The translations under genes were made by a program, and so were the position numbers. Below are positions 1 to 9,801 of a stretch of 64,000 bases of DNA, one piece after another. Origin of the DNA: Candidatus Shapirobacteria bacterium (GTDB taxonomy: Bacteria > Patescibacteriota > Microgenomatia > UBA12405 > UBA6130); the NCBI GenBank assembly GCA_027007615.1, contig JALTFB010000031.1:314-64313 (forward strand). The letters are read 5' to 3'. The notes beneath the pieces were generated by a model. The model was not told the DNA's origin. It searched no databases and saw only the letters and a list, made by a program, of their open reading frames with translations. The first letter of the stretch is position 1; every line of letters starts with the position of its first letter.

Positions 1-759
1 TATCTGGCGCGTTTCTTTAAGCTGAAAATTACCGCTAATCATCGCCTGGCCATTGGCAATCGGCTCTTTGATTTCCGGCGCCATCAAGAGAAAATTGTCC
101 AGAAAAATAGCCAGCCGCCGGCCCACATTTTCCTTGGTAAGTTGGGCAAATTTTTCCGCCCCGGCTTTATTGAAAGTTAAGGCAATATATGGCTTGCCTG
201 TTTGCCTATTAAACTCTACCCGGGCCGATTGCAAATAGGCCCCGGTCAGGCCGGTATCTTTACCAAAGAGCTGCCGCAGGGATGCCGCCTTGGTGGCTTT
301 TTTGCTTTCAAGGCGAAAGTTTAATTGGGCCGTCTGCCCAATCAAGGCAACCGCTTGGCGGGGATTAATATTGCCGGGAATGTCAATTGTAAGCCGGTAA
401 TTGTTGCCTGCTTTTACTTGCCGGACGGCAACTTCGCCAAGCCCAAAAGCATCCACGCGACGATGAATATTGCTTTCCAACGCTTGCCAAGCGCGAGCAC
501 GGTCAGCTGTCGCCACTTTATCCATTTGCGCCTGGAAAACCAAGTGGACACCGCCGGCCAAGTCAAGCCCTTTGCGAAGCTTTTGGGACAAAGAAAAATG
601 CCAAGAACCCAGATGAAAACTTAAATTAGGCTTTTGTAAATGCCAGCTTACATTGCGGCCCAAAAGACGTTTCTCAATGTTAATTTGCCCCGGCCAATCA
701 ATTAATAAGCCGACAACCGTTATGAAAATAATAAGAGCCAAAACCCGGCGAGGAGTCAT
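1..759 (-). CDS. secD: Protein translocase subunit SecD, N-terminal part (runs off window start)
   Basis: Hand translation (not in ORF track): MTPRRVLALII...KLRKGLDLAGGVHLVFQA...RRVDAFGLGEVAV...LIGQTAQLNFR...TGLTGAYLQSA...LTKENVGRRLAIFLD...GQAMISGNF. ATG at 759 overlaps the upstream TGA (ATGA). Confidence 0.93.
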   Translation of the reverse strand, partial: MTPRRVLALIIFITVVGLLIDWPGQINIEKRLLGRNVSWHLQKPNLSFHLGSWHFSLSQKLRKGLDLAGGVHLVFQAQMDKVATADRARAWQALESNIHRRVDAFGLGEVAVRQVKAGNNYRLTIDIPGNINPRQAVALIGQTAQLNFRLESKKATKAASLRQLFGKDTGLTGAYLQSARVEFNRQTGKPYIALTFNKAGAEKFAQLTKENVGRRLAIFLDNFLLMAPEIKEPIANGQAMISGNFQLKETRQI

Positions 760-941
760 TTCTTTTCCCAATTTAACAAACTTATTTGGCGCGGCTTGGG
801 AAAACAATAAATTAAGCGCTGTTTATTGTCGTCCACCTTTATCTCCACCTCTTCCCCAAGCTGAATGTTCCACCCCCGGACAATCTGGCCCGGAACAGTC
901 ACGGCAAAACTATGGCCAGTCTTAAAAACTCGCCTTTTCAT
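756..941 (-). CDS. AbrB/MazE/SpoVT-like small DNA-binding protein
   Basis: KRRVFKTGHSFAVTVPGQIVRGWNIQLGEEVEI fits the swapped-hairpin GxSxxVTxP...lxxGxxv pattern. Translationally coupled to secD. Confidence 0.7.
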   Translation of the reverse strand: MKRRVFKTGHSFAVTVPGQIVRGWNIQLGEEVEIKVDDNKQRLIYCFPKPRQISLLNWEKK

Positions 942-944
942 CGT

Positions 945-1538
945 TTATTTATCCCGAAAAATAAATTCTTCATTGCCTACTAAAACCGCCACGCCCCTAA
1001 GAAGAAAGTTAACCAAAAACGGGTCGCCATTGCCATAACGAAGGCGGAATTCCGACCAATCCATCACCGCATAATTAATTTCTCTGCCACGGCGCTTTTC
1101 TTCGTGGCGAATAATTTTTCCCAATTCCGAAAGGACAACTCTTCCCACTATGATAAGATCGACGCCCTCGGCCGCCGCCGACCAGACTAAGAACTGGTTT
1201 GACGCTAAAACCAAGCGAATACTTCCCAAACGGTCGCGCCTGCCCTGAATTTGCCCGCCTAAACCATAACTGCGTTCCATCAATAACAAAAGGGGATAAA
1301 ACAAAGGATGGCGATAATTCAAGGCAAAGAAAAGGCGATTGCCTCGCTGCTCCGAGTGCAATAGCCCGGTTTTTTCTAATTTAAGGAGTTCGCGCCTAAC
1401 GGCATTTATCTTGCCTTTTATCCGCTTTGTTAACTCCCGAATGTAAAAGGCCTCTCGGGGGCGGGCAAAAAATTCTGCTAGCAACTGGCGGCGAGTATTT
1501 GAAATAAAAAGCGCTGCTAATGTTTTTTTAGGATTCAT
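945..1538 (-). CDS. Winged-HTH protein fused to a degenerate minimal nucleotidyltransferase-like domain
   Basis: N-terminal LFISNTRRQLL...FYIRELT...NAVRRELLKLEKTGLLHSEQRGN (wHTH). C-terminal VDLIIVG...GREINYAVM resembles the MNT fold. Confidence 0.65.
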   Translation of the reverse strand: MNPKKTLAALFISNTRRQLLAEFFARPREAFYIRELTKRIKGKINAVRRELLKLEKTGLLHSEQRGNRLFFALNYRHPLFYPLLLLMERSYGLGGQIQGRRDRLGSIRLVLASNQFLVWSAAAEGVDLIIVGRVVLSELGKIIRHEEKRRGREINYAVMDWSEFRLRYGNGDPFLVNFLLRGVAVLVGNEEFIFRDK

Positions 1539-2718
1539 AATTTATCTTTGTTCCTATGGGCAAGGCTTCTATCCAAATTTGGCCACGGTTAAATTTAATT
1601 TCTTGCCCTCGGTTGTCATAAAAGATGGTACGCTTTTGCCGGGCCGGCTTCCTCCAACTAGCCTTGATTATGCGCCCATCTTCCAGGACAACCGCCTTGC
1701 CTCGGCCGATAGTGCCGTAAAGCATATGCATATGCCCATCTACAGGCCCTATTTGTTTTACAAATTGCAAAACAATTGTTTTGGCTGTAAGCTGTTTGCC
1801 TGTTGAAAAATCAATTTGCGGGCTGCCGCCATTCTCACGCCGATAATCATTAGCCGCTGGATCGTACTGCCAACCTACCCGATAAGCATTATATCCGGGC
1901 CAAAAATAAAAACTGGCTTTTTTCATTTGCGGAGGGTTGGCCTTTTGATCGTTCTTGAATTTCCAAGGCCGGAAATAGTCTTTATCCCAGCCGGCTAAAT
2001 TACGTTTTGCCGCCAAATCCCAAAGAGCTCGGGTATTGCAATACATTGTGTGCTCCGTAGCCCGCAACCGGCCATCTCTCTCCGGTTCCCGCCGGCATTG
2101 GCGGTACCTTAAAGCAAATTGGTTCATATCGGAATGGTGCTTGGGCGACAGCCAACCATAACGATCGATTTGCTCCAAAGCTTGAGCGCGCGGATCACTG
2201 GTACAGCGCCCCCCCGAAGGAGCACTGCAATTGGCCCCGCCAACATGATTATAAAGAGGATAGGCGGAGTATTCCGAAGCCCAATCGAGAAAATAGGTCC
2301 GCGCCGAACGCACCGGGCCAACATCATAGGTCCGTGACACTTGTTTAGCGGCACGGCAATAATACACTCCCATAAAACGAGTAATACCCCCCTCCGCTAC
2401 CGCCTCGTAAACAACATCCGCCCTCGACAGCCCCGATTGAGGCCGGGCTTGCTTATGGTTTTCAATCATTACCAATAGGGGGCGCCTCTTCTGCCAAATT
2501 TGCTGTTGGGCTTTAGTAAAATATTCTCCATTTAAAGGGCAAGCTTGGTCGCGGGGACCGGAAAACCGGATTACTCCTTTATTAACAGTTTTGTTGTCAG
2601 CCAAAGGTTGGACTACGCTTGCTTGAGAAACAAAATGCGAAAAACCCCAAAAAGCCAAGCCCGCCGCCAACAAATAACTCCCGAAATAAGGTAATAATAA
2701 AAATAATTTGCGCTTCAT
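1528..2718 (-). CDS. DUF3048 / YerB-like membrane-anchored protein
   Basis: N-terminal TM, then RPLLVMIENHKQARPQSGLSRADVVYEAVAEGGITRF and GPVRSARTYF motifs. Confidence 0.85.
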   Translation of the reverse strand: MKRKLFLLLPYFGSYLLAAGLAFWGFSHFVSQASVVQPLADNKTVNKGVIRFSGPRDQACPLNGEYFTKAQQQIWQKRRPLLVMIENHKQARPQSGLSRADVVYEAVAEGGITRFMGVYYCRAAKQVSRTYDVGPVRSARTYFLDWASEYSAYPLYNHVGGANCSAPSGGRCTSDPRAQALEQIDRYGWLSPKHHSDMNQFALRYRQCRREPERDGRLRATEHTMYCNTRALWDLAAKRNLAGWDKDYFRPWKFKNDQKANPPQMKKASFYFWPGYNAYRVGWQYDPAANDYRRENGGSPQIDFSTGKQLTAKTIVLQFVKQIGPVDGHMHMLYGTIGRGKAVVLEDGRIIKASWRKPARQKRTIFYDNRGQEIKFNRGQIWIEALPIGTKINYES

Positions 2719-3200
2719 TCTTCTTTCTCCTTTAAGGCATTTTTAACTGCTAATTTTTCTTCTTTTGATAAAGCTTGCCCTTTCTTGGACATCTTTTCCT
2801 GGATAATTTTAGCATATATGCGCGTTCCTGTCCGACTATGAAAAGACGTTAAAACCAATCCTTTGCCTAAATTATTCATCAGCGCCAATGCAAAGCTCTG
2901 CTGGCCTCCGGTTTCGCTAAAAGGGTTAAATTTCATCATCCCCACTCGGCTGAACCGCCGCTGCTGCTTTTCCTGAATATCGGCCAGTTGCTTCTTAATC
3001 AAACTTATCTCTTTTTCGTCAGCGGTGATTTTTGCCAATAGCTTATCTAGAATATCCTTCAAGCTGCCTTCTTTAACCGCCGCCAAGCGTTGGTAATGTG
3101 ATGACAAGCGCCAGAAGGACCGGATTAAAAAAATAACCAGCACAAAGGAAAAGCCCGCTAGAAAAAGAGTGGCATAAAATAGAACTTTATTCTCAACCAT
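2715..3200 (-). CDS. DUF4446-like membrane protein
   Basis: TM, coiled coil, then KFNPFSETGGQQSFALAL...HSRTGTRIYAK...LSKEE. Start moved to ATG 3200, which follows an extended -10 and lies downstream of a terminator. Confidence 0.75.
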   Translation of the reverse strand: MVENKVLFYATLFLAGFSFVLVIFLIRSFWRLSSHYQRLAAVKEGSLKDILDKLLAKITADEKEISLIKKQLADIQEKQQRRFSRVGMMKFNPFSETGGQQSFALALMNNLGKGLVLTSFHSRTGTRIYAKIIQEKMSKKGQALSKEEKLAVKNALKEKEE

Positions 3201-3216
3201 AATTAATTTTAACACG

Positions 3217-3249
3217 AAAAAGCCCGCCCCTATCAAGAGCGAGCTTTTT
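3217..3249 (-). terminator. Intrinsic terminator (possibly bidirectional) after the small Zn-ribbon gene
   Basis: Minus strand aaaaagctcgctc-ttgatag-gggcgggct-tttt: hairpin flanked by A and T tracts. Confidence 0.75.
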
Positions 3250-3264
3250 CAACGCTGTCGTTCT

Positions 3265-3411
3265 TCAGGCTCCCAAAATTTTAAACATTTTGGTTCCGCA
3301 GACGGGACAAACCGCCCGAGCAGCCCGACGGCCATTCTTAAGAGTAACGTTTTCGACTTCGCTATCCGCAACGTCTACTTTTTTACGACATTTAACACAG
3401 TAAAACATCAT
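3265..3411 (-). CDS. 48-aa zinc-ribbon protein (DUF5679-like), missed by the ORF track
   Basis: MMFYCVKCRKKVDVADSEVENVTLKNGRRAARAVCPVCGTKMFKILGA*. Two CxxC motifs, strong SD-like AAAGGGGGTGA upstream, own terminator. Confidence 0.85.
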   Translation of the reverse strand: MMFYCVKCRKKVDVADSEVENVTLKNGRRAARAVCPVCGTKMFKILGA

Positions 3412-3462
3412 TTTCCTGCTCACCCCCTTTCGGGCAGGAGGATATATTGAGCAAATTACCTC

Positions 3463-3747
3463 CTAATACCATTTCCAATATAGCACAAGTTCAATTAAGA
3501 TTGCAACGCCTGCCCAAAAAAGGCTGAAGAATAAGTCTCGTTTTATAGCTATCAATTGGTTTTTATCGGTGAATGCCGGCATCATCTTTTCTTCGTTTTT
3601 AATTTTAGTTTCCCCTTCGTCACTTATGGTTTTTTTCTGGCTTTTTTTCTCTATCCTATCTTCTCTCGCGTCTTCCCTCGCGGCAATTTTTTGCCAATGG
3701 CGCCAGCTCTTTTCTTTCCGACGGCGGGTTTTATGTCGATTCCCCAT
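3463..3747 (-). CDS. Hypothetical basic protein with C-terminal TM helix
   Basis: ORF 3463..3762. Likely start MGNRHK at 3747, 5 nt after TGgTAAAAT. C-terminal IKRDLFFSLFWAGVAILIELVLYW. Confidence 0.6.
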   Translation of the reverse strand: MGNRHKTRRRKEKSWRHWQKIAAREDAREDRIEKKSQKKTISDEGETKIKNEEKMMPAFTDKNQLIAIKRDLFFSLFWAGVAILIELVLYWKWY

Positions 3748-3755
3748 AGCTAATT

Positions 3756-5309
3756 TTACCATTTTTCCAAATTAAGGCGGTATTGTAAAGCTTCGGCAAC
3801 AAAAGGCATGGCGACTTCGTTCTCATTGGCCAAATCAGCAATCGTTTGGGCGATTTTTAACACTTTAAAATAGGCCCTTGCCGAAAGACTCATCTTTTGC
3901 GCTGCCTGATTTAGAAAGGCGGAGGCCTCGCTGTTTACTTTTATTAAATCACGCACATCTTTGCTGCCCATCTCTGCATTAGCCTGAAAAAACAATTTTC
4001 TCTTGGCAAAGCGCTGGCGCTGGCGCCGGCGCGCTTTTTCTACCCTTTGCCTAATGGCGGCCGAACTTTCATTCTGGCTATCGCGCAACGATGCCGTTAG
4101 CTTTTTAATTTTAACCGGCGGGACAACTATTTGGATGTCTATTCTGTCCATAATGGGTCCGGAAAGCTTCTTACGATAGCGGGCGATTTGGCCCGGCGAA
4201 CAGCGGCAAGCAACCGTCGGGTGTCCCAAATACCCGCAAGGGCAAGGATTAGAGGCAGCCACCAAAAGAAATTTGGAAATGAAAGTGGCGCTGCCGGCAG
4301 CTCGAGAAATGCGCACTTGGCCATCTTCCAACGGTTGGCGCAAAGCCTCTAAAACACTGCGGGGAAATTCAGCAAATTCATCTAGGAAAAGAATGCCGCG
4401 ATGAGCCAAACTAACCTCGCCCGGCTGCAACTTAGCTCCACCCCCGACTAAACCCACTCGGCTGATAGTATGGTGCGGCGCGCAAAAGGGGCGGCGGCGA
4501 ATTATTGATTCCCCCGGCGTCAGGTTGCCGGTTACCGAATAAATGCGCGTTACCTCCAAAGCTTCTTGCGGCGTTAGCGATGGCATAATGCCCGGCATTG
4601 CTCGCGCCAGCATCGTTTTACCGGCGCCGGGGCTTCCCAAAAGAAAAATATTATGCCCGCCGGCGGCGGCAATTTCCAAGGCCCGGCGGGCCTGGTATTG
4701 GCCCACTATTTGGGCCATATCAAATTCCGCTTTAGCCGCAGATAATAACGAAGCTACGTTAATATTGTTCAGGGGCGCAATTTTGCCCCGGCCGCTAAGA
4801 AAAGCTACTAATTCCATTAAGTTGGCCACTGGATAAACATCCAAACCGCTAAAACAGGCTGCCTCCGCCGCCGCCGACCGAGGGACAAAAAGCCGCCGGA
4901 AATTGTTTTTATGGGCAAAATCTGCCAATAAAAATACCCCCCGGGTATGGCGCAAAGACCCGTCCAACGAAAGTTCCCCGAAAAACAAGCTATTCTTAAG
5001 CAAATTGCTGCGGAAACGAGCGGATTCCGAAGCCATTAGAATAGCAATCGCAATTGGCAAATCGTAAAATGAGCCCTCTTTGGCAACATCGGCAGGGGCA
5101 AGATTTATGGTAATTTTCGTGCGGCTGGGGAATTGTATGCCTGAATTATCGATAGCCACCCGGACCCGTTCACGCGCTTCATCCACTGCCTTGCTAGCCA
5201 AGCCAACAATATTAAAGGAAGGGAAAGCCCGTTTAACTATTTCCACTTCCACCTCTATTTTTATCGTTTCCAAGCCCCGATGGGCTACCGAGTACACTTT
5301 TGCCAACAT
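3756..5309 (-). CDS. comM: YifB/ComM Mg-chelatase-like AAA+ ATPase
   Basis: KITINLAPAD, YDLPIAIAIL, GSPGAGKT, GEVSLAHRGILFLDE, NPCPCG, SGPIMDRIDI. Confidence 0.95.
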   Translation of the reverse strand: MLAKVYSVAHRGLETIKIEVEVEIVKRAFPSFNIVGLASKAVDEARERVRVAIDNSGIQFPSRTKITINLAPADVAKEGSFYDLPIAIAILMASESARFRSNLLKNSLFFGELSLDGSLRHTRGVFLLADFAHKNNFRRLFVPRSAAAEAACFSGLDVYPVANLMELVAFLSGRGKIAPLNNINVASLLSAAKAEFDMAQIVGQYQARRALEIAAAGGHNIFLLGSPGAGKTMLARAMPGIMPSLTPQEALEVTRIYSVTGNLTPGESIIRRRPFCAPHHTISRVGLVGGGAKLQPGEVSLAHRGILFLDEFAEFPRSVLEALRQPLEDGQVRISRAAGSATFISKFLLVAASNPCPCGYLGHPTVACRCSPGQIARYRKKLSGPIMDRIDIQIVVPPVKIKKLTASLRDSQNESSAAIRQRVEKARRRQRQRFAKRKLFFQANAEMGSKDVRDLIKVNSEASAFLNQAAQKMSLSARAYFKVLKIAQTIADLANENEVAMPFVAEALQYRLNLEKW

Positions 5310-5406
5310 TAGTCCCATTCTGACGGAAAAATACCAGCCGGTCAAGATTATGCCGCCGGCCGGAGTAAAACTTTACTTTGCCATCCGGTATTTTCTATAA
5401 TTTGCC

Positions 5407-6018
5407 ATGGCCCTGAAAGATTTCTTTAACCAACGCTACCAGCAGAGTAACAATATCTTCGGCACCGAGCCTATTGATATTGTAGCCAAAGCGGCCAAAC
5501 TGCTGCCCAAAAACGCCAAGGTTATTGAGTTGGGCGTAGGCGAAGGCCGCAACGCCCTCTACTTGGCCCGCCGCGGTCACAGCGTGCTGGGCATTGACAA
5601 TGCGGCGGCGGCTATTGAAAACTTGAGAAATAGCCTAAAAAAGGAAAATCTAAAGATGGAAACCATCGTTACCGACGCAAGCCAATACCGGTTCAAACAA
5701 AAATTTGACCTCATTATCGCCACCGGCCTGCTCCATTTCTTACCGCCCGATGTTGGCAACAGCCTAATCGCCCGCATAAAAAAAGCCACTAAAGATGGCG
5801 GGCTTAACCTTATCGCCACCCTGGCCAGCGACCATCCCCGCCGCAAGATGCCCCATATTTATAAAAACCAGGAACTTAAAAGGCTCTATCAGGATTGGGA
5901 AATTATCATTTACGAGGAAGTTGCCGGCCATTTCCACGGCATGGCTATTAACCCCCAATTCCAACCGCCAAAAGTAGCCAAACTGTTAGCCAGAAAGCCT
6001 GCCCCCTTAAAACCATAA
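5407..6018 (+). CDS. Class I SAM-dependent methyltransferase (TehB-like)
   Basis: VIELGVGEGRNALYLA motif I, FDLIIATGLLHFL, GGLNLI, ELKRLYQDWEII. Confidence 0.85.
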   Translation: MALKDFFNQRYQQSNNIFGTEPIDIVAKAAKLLPKNAKVIELGVGEGRNALYLARRGHSVLGIDNAAAAIENLRNSLKKENLKMETIVTDASQYRFKQKFDLIIATGLLHFLPPDVGNSLIARIKKATKDGGLNLIATLASDHPRRKMPHIYKNQELKRLYQDWEIIIYEEVAGHFHGMAINPQFQPPKVAKLLARKPAPLKP

Positions 6019-6073
6019 TTGCCATATGCAGAAACCAACGCCGCCGGGCCTTTTTTGCTATAATTCAATAAAT

Positions 6074-6146
6074 GTCCCCGTAGCTTAATTGGACAGAGCG
6101 CCGGCCTCCGGAGCCGGATATGAGGGTTCAAGTCCCCCCGGGGACA
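6074..6146 (+). tRNA. tRNA-Arg(CCG), CCA not encoded
   Basis: Acceptor GTCCCCG/CGGGGAC, anticodon arm CCGGC-ct CCG ga-GCCGG, T-loop TTCAAGT, A20 in the D-loop. Preceded by TGcTATAAT. Confidence 0.92.
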
Positions 6147-6163
6147 CTCAAGGCAATAACACC

Positions 6164-7945
6164 ATGGATCAAATTGAAGAGATAAAATCTAAGATTGATA
6201 TCGTTGACTTGATCGGCGAGTATGTTTCGCTTAAAAAAGCCGGCCGTAACTTCAAGGCTCTCTGCCCTTTTCACCACGAAAAAACGCCCTCTTTTATTGT
6301 TTCCCCCGAATTGCAAATCTTCAAATGCTTCGGCTGCGGAGCTAGCGGTGACATTATCAAATTTTTACAACTTTATGAGAAAATGGATTTTTGGGAAGCT
6401 GTTGAATTTCTGGCTAAACGAGCCGGGGTTAAACTCCAGCAGCATCAGTACAACCCCGAAGAGGAAGTCCGCCGGCAAATTTACGGGCTTAACCAAATTG
6501 CCGCCCAATTTTATCATTTTCTGCTCCTCCGCCATCCTCTCGGCCAGCCGGCCCGCCAATACTTGAAAAGCCGCGGCATTAATGCCGATACTATAGAAAA
6601 ATTTCAACTTGGGTTCTCGCCTCTCCAGGGCACCGCCCTCACCCAATATCTTCTTAAAAAAAAGGGTTTTCGCCCCCAAGAGCTCCAACAAAGCGGCATT
6701 TTCTTTCAGCTAAAGCAACCCCTTAATGGCTACCGCCTTTTTGATCGTTTCCATGGGCGCATTGTTTTCCCCCTCTATGACCACCGCGGCAATATCACCA
6801 GCTTTTCCGGCCGGCTTATCCCCAGTTTATTGAGCAAAGAAAACGAACGGGGAAAATATATCAATGGGCCGGAAACAGCCGCCTACCATAAATCACACCA
6901 TCTTTTCGGCCTTTACTTTAGTCGCGATTTTATCCGCCGGGAAAAAAGCATCATTTTGGTAGAAGGAGAATTTGACTACCTTTCCAGCTGGCAGGCAGGA
7001 GTTCGCAATTTAGCCGCCGTTAAGGGAACGGCTTTTACTTTAGAACAAATTAAACTTCTGCGGCGCTTCACCGGCAAATTAAAACTGGCTCTTGACAGTG
7101 ATTTTGCCGGAGAGCAAGCTGCCCTGCGAAGCATAAACCTAGCGGAAAACGAAGGTTTGGAAGTAAGCGTCGTTTCCTTGCCTCCGCCATTCAAAGACCC
7201 CGATGAGTTAGCTGAAAAAAAACCTCGGGCGTGGCAAAAAGCAGTGGAAAAGACTATCCCCGTTTGGGACTTTGTTATCCAATCCGCTTTAAAACGGTTC
7301 GCGCCTTTAAATCCCCAAGCGAAAAAGAACATTTTAGCCGCCACTTTGCCGTTTTTGCGCCAAATTGGCAATGAAGTTGTCAGGTTGGATTATTACCATA
7401 AATTGGCCTTAGCATTGGAAACCAACGTCGAGGCTGTAATCATCGAAGCCAATAAACAAATTCCCGCTGCCAATAGCGTCTTGGTCCCCGGGGCTTCCCC
7501 GCCAAAACTCCCCGTTGACCGCGCTACCCTTCTAGAAGACTATATCCTTTCTCTAGTCATCCTTAGCCGCCATCCGCATAAATATCATTTTCGGCCAGCG
7601 ACATTCTTCGCCAAACGCGTTTACCAACTTTTGCAAGATTATTTGAGCAAAACCCGAAAAAACAAATTCAATACCACTCTATTTATCAAAACTCTTCCCC
7701 GCGAGCTGCAAGATAAGTTACAAGAGCTTATCTTGCGTTGGAGCGAAAACCTGCCTGGCAGCATTGCAAAAGAGATAGAACAAACGAAACAAGAACTCGA
7801 AAAAATACGGCTTCACCAAAAGCTTAAAAAAATAGGCCAACAAATCGCCCAAGCGGAACAAAAGCAAGGAGTTGGCCTTGGCCTATTGGGAAAAAAGTTC
7901 CAAAAAATCAGCCGGCGGCTAATTGCATTAGAAAAGCGAAAATGA
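6164..7945 (+). CDS. dnaG: DNA primase
   Basis: CPFHHEKTPSF...CFGC zinc domain, KYINGPET, TOPRIM VEGEFD...DSDFAG, KDPDE. True start is MDQIEEIK; the ORF-track extension overlaps the tRNA. Confidence 0.97.
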   Translation: MDQIEEIKSKIDIVDLIGEYVSLKKAGRNFKALCPFHHEKTPSFIVSPELQIFKCFGCGASGDIIKFLQLYEKMDFWEAVEFLAKRAGVKLQQHQYNPEEEVRRQIYGLNQIAAQFYHFLLLRHPLGQPARQYLKSRGINADTIEKFQLGFSPLQGTALTQYLLKKKGFRPQELQQSGIFFQLKQPLNGYRLFDRFHGRIVFPLYDHRGNITSFSGRLIPSLLSKENERGKYINGPETAAYHKSHHLFGLYFSRDFIRREKSIILVEGEFDYLSSWQAGVRNLAAVKGTAFTLEQIKLLRRFTGKLKLALDSDFAGEQAALRSINLAENEGLEVSVVSLPPPFKDPDELAEKKPRAWQKAVEKTIPVWDFVIQSALKRFAPLNPQAKKNILAATLPFLRQIGNEVVRLDYYHKLALALETNVEAVIIEANKQIPAANSVLVPGASPPKLPVDRATLLEDYILSLVILSRHPHKYHFRPATFFAKRVYQLLQDYLSKTRKNKFNTTLFIKTLPRELQDKLQELILRWSENLPGSIAKEIEQTKQELEKIRLHQKLKKIGQQIAQAEQKQGVGLGLLGKKFQKISRRLIALEKRK

Positions 7946-7951
7946 TAGAAT
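7923..7951 (+). promoter_or_regulatory. Sigma70-type promoter for rpoD
   Basis: TTGCAT-17 bp-TAGAAT with extended TG. Confidence 0.55.
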
Positions 7952-7963
7952 AATCCTAAATCA

Positions 7964-9052
7964 ATGCCTCAAAAAAATTCCTTTGTAAAAGTACGGAAGC
8001 AGCTTTTGTCTCTGGGCAGAAAACAAGGTTTTCTAACCCAGGATATTATTCTGGAAAAAATCCCCGAACCGCAAAAATACGCCCAAGAGCTTGACTCTCT
8101 TTACGACGCTTTGTTTAAAAAAAACATTGATGTTTTCGAAGGCGTTAATCTTAGCGACCTGAAAGAAGGAGAAGCTGGTAAAAACATTCACATTAACGCT
8201 TTAAGTTACCTTGCCGGGCGCAATTCTTCTACAGATCCGGTGAGAATGTATCTGCGAGAAATTGGTAAAGTTCCTTTGCTTACCGCCGCCGAAGAAGTAA
8301 AATTAGCCCAAGAAATTGAACGCCGGTCGGAAGAAGCGCGGGCGAAATTAATCGAAGCGAATTTGCGGCTGGTGGTATCAATCGCTAAAAAATACATTGG
8401 GCGGGGGCTTTCTTTTCTCGACTTGATTCAAGAAGGCAATCAGGGGCTGATGAAAGCCGTGGAAAAATTTGACTGGCGGCGCGGCTTCAAATTTTCCACT
8501 TACGCTACCTGGTGGATTCGCCAGGCAATTACTCGCGCCATTGCCGACCAGGCGCGGACTATTCGCATCCCCGTCCATATGGTAGAAACAATGAATAAGG
8601 TTTTCAAAGCCTCGCGGCAGCTTTCGCAAAAATTAGGCCGGGAGCCAAAACCGGAAGAAATTGCCCAGGCCGCCGAATTGCCAATAGAGAAAATCCATGA
8701 AATCTTCCGCATTTCCCAGGGGACAACCTCTTTAGCTGCTCCCGTCGGCGAAGAAAAAGATTCATTCTTGGGAGATTTTATCGAGGATGCTTCCTCTCCT
8801 TCTCCTTATGAAGAAACGTCCAAAGAGCTTCTTAAGGAGTCTCTGCGCGAAGTCTTAAAAAGTCTGGAACCAAGAGAAGCCGAGGTGCTGGAAATGCGCT
8901 TCGGGCTTAGTGGCGAACCTCCTAAAACTCTCGAGGAGGTCGGCGGGCGATTCCACGTTACCCGCGAGCGCATCCGCCAAATAGAAGCCAAAGCCCTTAG
9001 AAAATTACGCCACCCTTCCCGCCGCCGCGCCCTTAAAGATTACTTAGCCTAA
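7964..9052 (+). CDS. rpoD: Primary sigma factor RpoD/SigA
   Basis: [70 protein letters not shown]. Confidence 0.98.
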   Translation: MPQKNSFVKVRKQLLSLGRKQGFLTQDIILEKIPEPQKYAQELDSLYDALFKKNIDVFEGVNLSDLKEGEAGKNIHINALSYLAGRNSSTDPVRMYLREIGKVPLLTAAEEVKLAQEIERRSEEARAKLIEANLRLVVSIAKKYIGRGLSFLDLIQEGNQGLMKAVEKFDWRRGFKFSTYATWWIRQAITRAIADQARTIRIPVHMVETMNKVFKASRQLSQKLGREPKPEEIAQAAELPIEKIHEIFRISQGTTSLAAPVGEEKDSFLGDFIEDASSPSPYEETSKELLKESLREVLKSLEPREAEVLEMRFGLSGEPPKTLEEVGGRFHVTRERIRQIEAKALRKLRHPSRRRALKDYLA

Positions 9053-9141
9053 AAAATTAAAATCAGTAACTCTTCGCTTTCAGATTTTGCAACATCAAAT
9101 TTCCAAATATCTAATTACTAATTAGATATTTTTGCCGCGGC

Positions 9142-9681
9142 TTAATACTTTGAGCCCACATCTTCTCCAAACTGCCTCATCAATTTCTGAAAAGTATCAA
9201 TAACTAAGCTCTTAGCAAAGCCGAACTCTATTTCCGAGAATGATTTTTTTAATTCGCTTGCTATTCTCTTCTTGTTGTTTCTCAAAATATGCTTGGAATA
9301 CCACTTTTGTCCTTTAGGATCCATAATCAATGCCATAGAATCAGCAGATCGCAAGATGCGCGCTTCCAATAACCTAAAATTTTGATATTTTATACATTTA
9401 ACCACCTTGTTAATTTTCTCTTTATTAAAGCCTAACCCACTAAGAAGCTTTTCTGCCAATTTAGCACTGATTTTTTCATGCCCCGGCGCTAATAGCTCTT
9501 TCTTGCCAACATCATGTAAAAGCGCCGCTGCTTCTACAACATCCCTATCCCCTCCCAGTTGTTTCTGTAGTAGCAAGGCAAATTTTCTGACCATAAATGC
9601 ATGCTTCCAATAAAGATCCCCCTGTGTCCACTTCATCACTTTTACATAACCCTCTATCTTCTTGCGTATTTTCATATTCAT
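9142..9681 (-). CDS. HD-domain metal-dependent phosphohydrolase
   Basis: H...V...A...AALLHDVGK...HEKISA...LRSAD motif order. AT-rich relative to core genes. Confidence 0.8.
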   Translation of the reverse strand: MNMKIRKKIEGYVKVMKWTQGDLYWKHAFMVRKFALLLQKQLGGDRDVVEAAALLHDVGKKELLAPGHEKISAKLAEKLLSGLGFNKEKINKVVKCIKYQNFRLLEARILRSADSMALIMDPKGQKWYSKHILRNNKKRIASELKKSFSEIEFGFAKSLVIDTFQKLMRQFGEDVGSKY

Positions 9682-9763
9682 AGTAAATTATGCCAGAAAT
9701 CTGTTTTTAGCTAACCAATTTTGAAACGATTATGAATATTAATCAAAAACATACCCGACGACA

Positions 9764-9792
9764 TTGCCAAGCCTCTACATGCATTCTATAAT
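9764..9792 (+). promoter_or_regulatory. Sigma70 promoter
   Basis: TTGCCA-17 bp-TATAAT, 9 nt upstream of ATG 9802. Confidence 0.65.
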
Positions 9793-9801
9793 TCTCTTAT
9801 A

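Noticed and set aside
756-941. yajC, expected upstream of secD
   Set aside because: No N-terminal TM helix. The sequence fits an AbrB-like fold instead.
6089-6163. N-terminal extension of DnaG in the ORF track
   Set aside because: It overlaps tRNA-Arg. The real start is ATG 6164.
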